A stretch of DNA of 64,000 bases, taken from the NCBI GenBank assembly GCA_963693365.1, contig CAVNZM010000013.1:8928940-8992939 (forward strand). Direction: 5' to 3'. The stretch comes from Amoebidium appalachense. Lineage: Eukaryota; Protista; Ichthyosporea. The position numbers and the translations under genes were made by a program. The notes beneath the pieces are model-generated. The model had not been told where the DNA came from. It searched no databases and worked only from the letters and a program-made list of their open reading frames with translations. Positions within the stretch are counted from its first letter, which is position 1. Each line of letters starts with the position of its first letter. Shown here one piece after another: positions 53,603 to 64,000 of this stretch.

Positions 53603-55118
53603 AGTGCGACGGTGTGATGGTAGCACGAGGGGACATGGGTATCGAGGTGCCCCCGGAGAAGGTGTTTGTAGCCCAAAAGATGATCGTAGCCATGTGCAAT
53701 GTTGCAGGCAAACCCGTCATCTGTGCCACGCAGATGCTGGAATCCATGACCTACAACCCACGGCCCACACGTGCCGAGGTGTCTGACGTGGCCAATGCGG
53801 TGCTTGATGGGGCCGACTGTGTGATGCTCAGTGGTGAGACGGCCAAGGGGGACTATCCCGTGCAGACGGTGGAGATGATGAGCAGCATCTGCAGAGAGGC
53901 CGAGGCTGCATTCCTCTACCAGGTGAGGGTGTGTGTCTGTGTGTGTGTGTGTGTTTGGGGGGGGGGGGGGGGGGGGGGGGATTGGGTATGTGTGTGTGTG
54001 TGTGGGGGTGGAGGGGGAGGATTTATGTGTGTATGTGTGGAAGGGGGTTATATATGGGTGTGGGTGTGTTTGGGGGGGGGGGGGGGGGGGGGAAGGGGAT
54101 ATGTATGTGTCTGTGGCTTTTTTTTTTGGTGGTGGGGGGGGGGGGGAGGTTGATTCTTGCGTCACTAGTGGAAGAGTAGTGACCGAGTCGAAAGAAAATG
54201 CGAAGGCCAGATTGGGTCAGGGGAGGAACGGGGAGGGTTGGGGGGGGGGGGGGAAGGGAAGAATGATAAAGAGAGAAAACCATCTTGCCTGTCCTCGTCC
54301 TACAACACTAAAGGTCTGCAATGTGCCGGACCGATGTGTGTGTGGAGGGGGGGGGGGGGGGGGGGACTTCTGGTCAAACTATATGATGGGGAGCCGTTCC
54401 TGTTCAGCCGCTGCCACCTACACCTACACCTACACACACACACACACACACACACAAAACACAAAGATGGCTCACACTGTCTCCCCCCCCCCCCCCCCCC
54501 CCCCGCCCCTCCCCCGCCTGCTTGCCTGTATGCCCATCCGCCCCTCAGAATGGAGCTGTAAACACAAGGGTGCATGGCTGTGTCCTGTCTAGTTCCTAGT
54601 TCCATTGCATTTACTTTATGAGTGGGTGGGTCGATGGGTTGAACATTGGCCCGTCCGCAGATGGACTGGGAGGGTTGTGCATATGCCTTGGAGTGACCTT
54701 GGCCCAGCAGGCACCCTGCCACCAACCATGGGCCTGAGGTCGAGCACTTGCACCTTGCCCCCCACCTCATCCCCCCCTATCCCCTCCCCCCCACATACAC
54801 ACATACCCAACCCCACCCCCCTCTTCCCACATGTTGAGACCCCCCCTCACTCCCTTCCCCCCCCCCCCCCCCTTCCCCCCCCCAGGCGTACTTTGAGGAG
54901 ATCAAGCTACTGACTGGGCCCACATCCACCGCTGAGACCATAGCCGTTGCTGCCGTCGAGGCCTCGTATAAGATCAAGGCCGCAGCAATCGTGTGCCTGA
55001 CCACTAGCGGGTACACCGCATACCAGGTACCCCTTAGACTATGGCTCTCCTCCGGCTTTCTTTGGGTCTGTGTTCTTTTTTTCTTGTTTGTTTTTCTTTC
55101 GTCTTTTTTTTTTTTGGG

Positions 55119-55152
<34 letters not shown>

Positions 55153-55398
55153 ATTTCGCCTTAGCTGGATTTCGGATGGCAGGGTTGTGAACGAAACACT
55201 CACGATAACAGGAGTGTACTTGTTTTTTGTGTATGAGCTGGTGTCTGTATGTGTTGTGATGGTGGGTGGGTTTTTTTTTTTTTTTTTTTTTTTTTTTGTG
55301 GGGGGGGGGGGGGGGGGGGGGGAGGGGGGGGGGGGGGGATTGAGGCATGCCTTTGCATCTATATTTTCTTTTCTCGTTTACCCTTCACTGCCTCAGGC

Positions 55399-55435
<37 letters not shown>

Positions 55436-56020
55436 CATCCAAGTATCGCCCCCGCTGCCCCATTCTGATGGTGACACGTGATGACCGCATGGCCCGCCAG
55501 GGTCATCTTGGCAGGTAGCGGACCCCCCATCCCCCCATCCCCCCTCCCTCCCCACCCCACCCCCCCCACCCCCCTCTCCCCTCCCCCCGACTCTCTCCCG
55601 GGAACCCCTTTCCCCTCCCTTGTGGTTGTGCTCATAGATGGCGGTGTTTCTCATATTTCCTCAGTAGTGTATCTTTTTCTTGTGTCTCCAACCACCCTCC
55701 CTCCCTCCCCTCTCTCTTTGTTCTTCCTGCGGCCTTGTGGATCCATGACTACCCCTCAAACCCCCCCCCCCCCTCCCCCGCCCCCGCCCCCCTCCCCCCC
55801 CCCCCCCCCCCCCGGCCCAATCACCATCACCGCCACCACCACCACCACCGCCACCCCCATTGCTAGTCTCAAGTTGGATGGATTGGGAAATGATTGCTCT
55901 GTTTCTGGCCACGTATTATGAAGGCAGTCATAGGCTTCCCGCAGGAAAGGAGAGGGAGGTGTTGTGTTTTGCTTTTTGTTTGCGCCACCTTGCCTGCAAA
56001 ACAGATAAAGAGGTATGAGT

Positions 56021-56060
<40 letters not shown>

Positions 56061-56266
56061 TGGGGGGGGTGGGGGAGAGGGGGAGGTATAGCCGTGTAAC
56101 TATCCCAGGGGGCAAGGAGGCTTCATTGTGTAATATTTTTACTGTGTAACTTTGCGTGGGGAAGGGCCTCTGTGTATAACTGTTTCGGGAGGGATTGGGT
56201 TTTATTAAACTGTAACCATCACACGAGCAGGGGATGTTGTGTAGCATTTCCACACGGGGTGAAGGT

Positions 56267-56310
<44 letters not shown>

Positions 56311-56572
56311 AGAATTGTGTATTCATGTAGGGGGATTATTTTTCCTAACGCAGGATACACACACTCACACACACAGGGGCATCTACCCGCTGGTCGTGCC
56401 CTTCCCCATCATGCCGTCCTTCCAAGACGATGTGGACAGCCGCATTGATTGGACGCTGTCGGAGGCCAAAAAGGCAAATTTCCTGCGCACGGGGGAGCTG
56501 GTGGTGTGTGTGCAGGGCTGGAGGGGGGGTGTGGGCCACACGAACACCATGCGTATTTTGGTGGTGCCCTAG
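50219..56572 (+). CDS. PYK: Pyruvate kinase; 8 exons
   Basis: Exons 50219-50515, 51119-51313, 51799-51867, 52695-52973, 53602-53922, 54886-55026, 55435-55514, 56377-56572. Motifs: [110 protein letters not shown]. Confidence 0.98.
51880..52250. repeat. Degenerate purine-rich repeat (GGGGAGATATACTGGGGGATAGA-like) in PK intron 3
   Basis: Recurrent GGGGATAGAGGGG and GAGATAT cores. Confidence 0.7.
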
Positions 56573-58024
56573 GTGTCTTCGTGGGGTATTTTACAAGGTA
56601 TGGGGTGTTGGTACTGTGTGAGTATATATGTACGAAGGAAAGGGTGGAATAGCCGGGGAGGTGTGAAGGTTTGGTATGAAATGTGTGCTGCGGTAGGCAG
56701 AGGTATTGCATACTTAGAGTATCTTCAATGCAGGTTTGTGTATGTATGTGTTGTCTTCAATAATATTAAGTCTCACCAGTGTATGCATCCGTACAAGCTT
56801 AAGCCTCTATTTATGGTAAAACAGAAAGATCTTAAGACTAAATTTGGAGTACATGGGAAAGAAATTTGAACTGCATAATATGTGCGCATGCATGTACACA
56901 GTCATGAACAGCCTGTTATATCAAAGACCCCCCCTATATAGCTAGCTGGCTCTTTTTAAGGTAGAATACTTGCTATGCCAGGAAGCATGACCTGGACCAG
57001 GTGTTACATACTGTGTGTGGCTGGGTGGACACAGGAGTTGCCGAAGAAAGCAACCTGCAAATGCAATGGCTGCGTGTGCTGTGCTTGATATCTCAGCGGA
57101 TGCAGCTACAGGTTGTCGGGTGGCTGTTTTGGTTTGTTGTGTTGGTACCGGTGCACACGCACGTGGGTCTGGATGTGCTCGGATACCGGGTGTACATGCA
57201 CAGCATGTGCATGCGTGCGTTGGCAACTTGCAATAATGGGCATTCCAAAAATGACGCCTAATAGTCTTCGTAATTCAGTCGCCTGGCAGGAAAATGCGCT
57301 CTAAGTTAGCGTACGTAGTTACAGCCTCAGTCTGGCCAGCGTTGCCAAGCCAGAAACACGTGTATCAAGTTCAAAGTTTTGCAGTTGTGCTAGGCAGAGA
57401 AAAACACGTCGAACACAAAAAGGCGAACAGGAAACGTTACCCTCAGTAGGGCGATTGGAGGGATGTTAGAAGTTACGCAAGAGGCAGGATCTGGACGTAT
57501 GCTCCAACAGTGGCACTGTTAGATCATCGCTTGAGGCTAGGCTGCATGCGTGAAGTACCTCCGCACTCGCGAACAAAAAGCCACGTTACTGCTACTATGT
57601 ATTGATGTTTGGCTTGGGAGAACGTTAACACACACCCTGTGTCCAGGTATAACTCAGGTCGGAGGCGCAACGCTGTAGCTACTATAGGCTCCTGTGTCCA
57701 GTTTTTTTTTGTTTTTTTTTACCTGCCATTCAGCCGCTAGCGCCGAAAAGAAGTTCTGGTGTGAAATTTGATAAAATTATTATCACGGAAAATTAATACT
57801 TACTACAGGTAAGAAGTTTACTAAGTTGCATAGACACTTCGTAGCTGCACCAAAAGCGGCACGCCTAGCTTTGTTGCATCATACAAGTTAGACAGACGTT
57901 GCAGGGTTTATTCTGTTTGTGGCCTTAGATAAACTTCATGCTTGTTACTGCGTGGTTTCTCACGTGCACCTGAGCGTCATACTGGTTTTATTGACGTGCT
58001 TACGGTTGCACGGCAGGTGTAAAG

Positions 58025-58210
58025 CTATATTGAAAGCAACTTGAATAGCTGACTGAATATTCGATGCCACCTTGTGTTGGACATTGTGTTCATAGAAGCT
58101 AGTTCTAGTGCACGTTGTTCCTTCTGTAAGTCAGAAATGATTGCATCTTGTGAGGCCAACCTCTGCTCCAGTAGTTGGACTAGTTGCTGCAACTGTAAGT
58201 TGTCAGACAT
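58025..58210 (-). CDS. Short coiled-coil ORF (61 aa), function unknown; possibly a first exon or a decayed gene
   Basis: MSDNLQLQQLVQLLEQRLASQDAIISDLQKEQRALE has a heptad pattern. A minus-strand CTATATAAAG lies at 58322-58331, about 110 bp upstream. Confidence 0.3.
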   Translation of the reverse strand: MSDNLQLQQLVQLLEQRLASQDAIISDLQKEQRALELASMNTMSNTRWHRIFSQLFKLLSI

Positions 58211-59158
58211 AGTGTCGTGTATGATGGGTAACTAGTCTATGTGTTTTGTGCACTGAAAACGACAGTAGAAAAGTGTAAATCAAACGTTCTGCTTCCCATG
58301 TTTGTGACATGGGAGGCACTGCTTTATATAGTCGTTGGCCACCTCATGGTGGCCTCGTGTGCACCCTGGTGGTGGGCCATGTACAGCATGGCCGAAAAGA
58401 GAGCACAATGAAAACAAGTCGTTAAAGATATAAAAGTTAACTGTGCACGTTGAGTGGCTAGTTAACTTGCACTAAAGCACACAAATAAACGTGTTTAACA
58501 CACCAATTGCAGTTAAACGTAAATCTTACTTCACACAACTAAAAATATTCTGAGAATATCCGGGAATAAAGCACACTACCACTCTAAGAATAGAATCCTG
58601 TGGCAAATATAGACATGACATCATCTGAACCGGGAATATTAATTAATGAGCACAATTAGGACGTTGCTAGTGAAGCTCGTCATTGGTACAGTTTTGGCTC
58701 AAACATATAACTACCATATATGAATATGACCGTAAACAAAAGCTCTATGCACTCGAGTGAGTGTTGAAACAATTATTCAATTGCTCAGAAACTTTCTCTA
58801 ACAGACATTGCTAGCCGGGAGTACCAGTGTACTCCAACACCTTGCACTTGATAGGGGGCATGTTTCAAGTGGCTTATTCATAATTCAGATCATGCATGAT
58901 TGCGACCTTATAAACCAACTTATTAATATTTATCTCCCACCCCCCCACCCCCCGGGGGTCCCCTCCCCACCCAGCCCATTGAAGCCTCCATAGAATAAAA
59001 TGCTCAAGAGTACAACTCACAGCACTATTCCCCATACACCCATGACCCCGCCGGGGCTATAGCTCGTGCTTTGCATTTCTCAGCAAAGAAAAGAATGCTG
59101 CAGGTGTGTTTATATCTTGGCTCATACCCATGCCCAACTTAGAGACCTTGCGCAGTCT

Positions 59159-59192
<34 letters not shown>

Positions 59193-59533
59193 CCCCGCCT
59201 ACCCCTCGGTTATGTGTGTGGTTTGTGTGATCAGAGCCCCCCCACCCCCCCCACCCCCTAATCCCCGAGAACCAAAAAAAGTAAAACTGAGAGATGGAGA
59301 GCCTCGTGTACGTGTGAGTGCATGTGCGCGTGTATGTGACACTGAATGTACACGTGTGTGTGTGTGAGTGTGTGTGTGCGTGTGTGTTTGGAAGAGGGTG
59401 GGAAAACATATATATGCACACACGTCCTGTTTAACTTAATTAAGCTTCAGGCTCCCCCCCCCCCCCCGCAACAAAAAGAGAGAAAATGAGAGAGAGCTAG
59501 CGAGAGCCTAGGGGAGAGACTCTGAGAGTCGAG

Positions 59534-59735
<202 letters not shown>

Positions 59736-61909
59736 CAGGATTCGGAGAGGGAGGGGATCCGGAAGGGGGAGAGAGAGAGAGAGCCGATGTGAGAGACAAG
59801 AGTTCAACGGACGTCGACTCGATTGCAGCCCCCCCCCCCCCCCCCCCCCCCCTATGGGCCCCCCCGGCCCCGGCCCCCCCCCCCCCCCCCCCCCCTCCCC
59901 CCCCCCCCCCCCCCCCCCCCCCTCCTTCCCCCGAGTCGTTGGCCACAACCACCACCCCGGTCCCCCTGTGACCACCTCATGTTGCCTTACCCCTCAGCCT
60001 TGGGCCCCAACCCCGGCGAGCAACCTTCATGCCGTAGGCATAGCCTGAGTTCAGTGCTAGACGTCTATCGTACGCGTGAGTAAAAAAGTATTCAATCTCA
60101 CTCGCCGTGGTAGTTAGATCCGAATAGATCATTCTAACCAATCATGTTTACCCAGGAGTCTAGAAAGACACAGACCCAGATTTGAACGCATTCGATTTTT
60201 TTAATTTTTTTTATTATGACTTTATCGAAATTTGTTTTTTTTTATAGTGACTTTATTGAATGCTCATCAAAAAAGATCTATTCGAGATATCACAGATATC
60301 TCCGAGAAGAAAATACAAAAAAGCCTTACTCTCGGATACGGAGGAGATAACGACTAAGACAATAGTATACCCGAGAAAACTCATTAAACGAAATTTGTTT
60401 ATGTCCACAGTCCACCGCCGGATATCGAACGACCGGGATGTCAAATCACACTCCAGCCTGAGCAAAGTCCACCAGTGCACCGATTCAACCGTTGGCTGTT
60501 GCATTTTGATTAGGCGTAAAACTGTAGCAATTCAAACCATATATACTGGTAAAAGAAAAATTAAGGCGACTGTAAACAAAAAATTCTGACTCCCAGCGGC
60601 CATCAAAACGATCCACTTTAATCACTTAGTCAAAATTAAAATTGCAGCGAGGAAAATGATGATGGGAGATCTGAAGCCGCCAGTATCACGTGTATCATAT
60701 CCTGCTGCAGCGCCGCAGCTGGGCTATCAACCCAAGCGATCACAATCAGTCCGTCGCAACCACGAAATTACAAAATAAGCTTAAACAAAAAGAAATGGAA
60801 ATTGAAATAGCTTTAAGACAAACGACAACATCAATTGATTGATGGCTTTGTGCATGTTTCCCGTTGCAACCCTGCTGTCCGGAGTAAACCTGCCGCAGCC
60901 TGGTAGATAATCCCCTCAACCTTGACCAATCATAATCCAGCTCTTGCAGTTCTCCAATCAGCACATAGATCGAAGAGTTTCTTGTATACCTCCTAGAATC
61001 GATTGATGAAGTTCAACTTGTCTACCCTTTTCGGCCCGGTAAAGAATTTTTTTAATGACTTTATTGATATGCTCAAAATATTATTTTATTTTTTTATTAT
61101 GAAGGAGAATCTTGGTTCCAAAATGCAAATTGGTACCCAAATATACCATTTATTATACTTTTGTTTTTTTATTCAAACACTGCTATAATTCAAAATTAAT
61201 TCTGGTTAACTTGCAGCTTGCTCAAGTTGAGTATCACATGATTTCACATCATTGGAAGATAAATGGATTTTCGCTTGGCCGAGACTGGGTCTAGGGGGCT
61301 GGCTGTCGAGCCAGTTTCATACGAGTCACAGTTGGGGCAGAATATTCATACGTATACACGGGCGGGCACGCATGAACACGGGTGTGGGTGCTAGAAGTAT
61401 ATGTTAATAATATAGTATTTTTACCCATTATTGCACCTATGGTTAGTTTCATTGACGGCTACCCGCGATCTCAAGACAGTTTGAGTGCAGGTGGCCTGAT
61501 GATCATGCACCCCCCCATGGTGTACACCCACGAAACAGTATATATTGGGTGATGCAGAGGCCATTGGTATAATTATATGCTATTTTTTGGTGGTCACACA
61601 CAACACGCACACATACACGCGCACACACACGCACACACACGCGCACACACACACACAGACGCACAGACGCACAGACGCACAGACACACTCGCACATCCTT
61701 GCATTAGCTGTCGTCGTATTTCACCACCCCTGAGTGCCTCGCAATTGGGGTTGCTGACCTTTTAGTTTACGATAACTTGTTGGGAGTACGTGGCACCCGC
61801 TCGGAAATGGTGCGTTCTTTCGCACACGCCCACTAGCACACTAGCACACAGACACACGCACTTTCACGTGACTTGTTACACCACGGGCTCACCATTCCCA
61901 CTCGGCACC

Positions 61910-63833
61910 ATGCCTTCCACCCGGCCCCTTCGTAAAGTGCTCACGTGCCGCCATGGCTGCTTCAAAGGTATTTCGCTGTTCACGGTCTTCCTCTGTCTGT
62001 GCCTGGCCCTGTTTTTCTTCTCTGTGCTGCACGGCTTCACGTATGCAGTGACCCTCAACATCGTCGACGAACGAATCACCCGCCTGAAGCACGAGACAGC
62101 CCTGGACAAGCGAGAGGCGGGCTACACCCTCACACGGCAGGCTAGGAAGTGTGTTGTTGCCGTGGTTGAGGAGACGAGCAACCACCCAGACCTGGCCCGG
62201 GCAGCCCTCGAGACTTGGGTGCCCGACACACTGACCACTTGTGACGTCATATTTGTGCTGCCTGGGGATAGTGCGGTGAAAGGGGGGGTCCTAAGGGCTG
62301 GCCTGCCTGTGGTGGTGCACGGTGGGGGGGGTTTTGACGGTGACGTTGCAGCGTGGCTGTATCTGTCGGCCCACCACTACGACTACATGCTGCTGGCCAG
62401 GGCACACACATACGTCAATGCAGACATGCTGGGGGACAGTCTGCAGGCACTGCCTGAAGTGCCTAAGGGCCTGTTCGGCCTGCCCAATACGACAATAGCT
62501 GAAAATTCAGGTGGGGGGGGTTTCAGTTGTGTAAGACACGGGTATGTCATAGGCAGGCACACGGCAGCGGAACGGGGAGAAGAGCTGAGGTTGTGCCAGG
62601 GGAATGGGACCTGTGCTGGGGTGCTAGAGAGCCTTTCCTGTGAAAAGCCCTTCTTCCCGATAGAGCATGTCGAGTGGGAGGTCACCATAGACCAGGGCGC
62701 CATGTTCACCCCCGGCACCAGGAGGTGCAAAGATATTCCCAACACGCCCCCCTGCTGCTTTCTTTGAGGCCCTTTTTGTGTCCCCGCTGAATACACCTCC
62801 CGAACTTCGTAACTTTTACAGACAGGTCACCAGGGGGCTCCGACCCACCCTCCCATACAATGTGTCTTGCGCTATCAGCGACAAAGCCACGTGCCAGGCA
62901 GTAGTCCCCCTATACCGCAAGACGTGTGTAAACAACCCCTCGCACCAGCTCACCCTCAACCATGACTATCGGCCCGAATGTCCAGCCCCTGAGGCCGAGG
63001 ACCCAACGTCGTTCAACATTCCCGCATTTGTTTTGAGTTTAGACACCCCCGAGGCCACGGAGAATTTCGACACGGTGAGGAAACTATTCCAAGCCGCAAG
63101 GATGAAGAACATCAATCGGTTTTCTGCAACCAAGGGCAGTGCCATATACACGCCGGCGGTGATCGAGCAGATGAACACAACACTCAAGGCCGGGGAGTTG
63201 GGCTACATCGACTCCATGCGCCGAGTGTTTGTGTATGCGCTGCAGAAGAACATACCGCGCATAGTTGTCTTGGACGATGATGCACTGCCACACAAGCAGT
63301 TTGCCCGCAAATGGGCACAGATCATGCGTGAGCCCCGCTGTGGGGGGCACCTGTGGACGAGCGACAGGGGAGGCATCCTGCTGCTGGGGTCTACGGTGTG
63401 GGTCACGGGCAGCTATCCAAAGTGGAGCAAGAAGTACTACGGAGGGTGGAAAATGGCTGACGCAGACATTCGTAACGCCACACGAAATTTCGGCCGGGTA
63501 GCAGGTGGGCCGTCCATGTGCTTCAACGCCAACCCGCAGACAATGGGCTCGTTTGCAGCCGTCTACCACCGAGCAGTGTATGCGGCCATTCTCGAGTGGA
63601 TCGAGGAGGCGCAGGGCAAGAAGCCTTTTGATTGGGTCTTTGGCGAGCTGGGTGCCTCAGGGTACATTGTGCGGGCAGCATTCCCCCACTTGGTGGTGCC
63701 GGACCTCACCCACAAAAGCACCGTGGACCCCACACGGGGCACCAATGTGCCCTTGCAGAGGCGGGCACAGATCCACAAGTGGGTGTACAGCCGCTACTGC
63801 AGGGACCCGGGGGAGTGTGCCAAGGGCACGTAG
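61910..63833 (+). CDS. Putative type II membrane glycosyltransferase: degenerate GT31/fringe-like domain plus GT25-like domain, split by a +1 frame change near 62691-62767
   Basis: ORF1 (61910-62767) has an N-terminal TM segment (ISLFTVFLCLCLALFFFSVL) and the motifs ETW..CDVIFV, YDYMLLARAHTYVN and GGG..GYVI. The ORF2 frame is open 62691-63833, with AFVLSL, INRFSATKG, LKAGELGYIDSMRRVF and IVVLDDDA (DxD motif). Confidence 0.7.
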
Positions 63834-63852
63834 GTGGGCTTGGAGAGTGAAT

Positions 63853-63941
<89 letters not shown>

Positions 63942-64000
63942 TACAAACACAAACGCACACGGGCGCGCACGTGCACACACACACACACACACACACACAC

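Overview
Intron-rich eukaryotic genomic DNA saturated with (CA)n/(GT)n microsatellites, poly-C/poly-G runs and GTGCAC-based minisatellites. Gene content suggests a non-animal opisthokont, possibly a unicellular holozoan (inference only). I assembled five spliced genes by hand: SNW1/SKIP (+, 16 exons), a secreted Cys-rich/cbEGF-tyrosinase (+, 5 exons), YEATS2 (+, about 21 exons), SNRPE/SmE (-, 2 exons) and pyruvate kinase (+, 8 exons). There is also an apparently intronless two-domain glycosyltransferase split by a +1 frame change. Mobile DNA includes a decayed LINE RT inside a TIR-bounded element, hAT-type MITEs, and a Penelope-like retroelement with a Naiad/Chlamys-type RT in YEATS2 intron 2. 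The 3' end of that element recurs five more times in the window, always in an intron, in sense orientation and running into a C-rich tract. That 3' end holds a pseudoknotted RNA fold with compensatory changes between subfamilies and no canonical hammerhead core. This candidate ribozyme/retroelement system is the most novel signal. Twelve 3' splice sites sit directly at the end of (CA)n runs with no polypyrimidine tract. Almost all long ORFs in the supplied track are microsatellite artefacts. All coordinates were read by eye.
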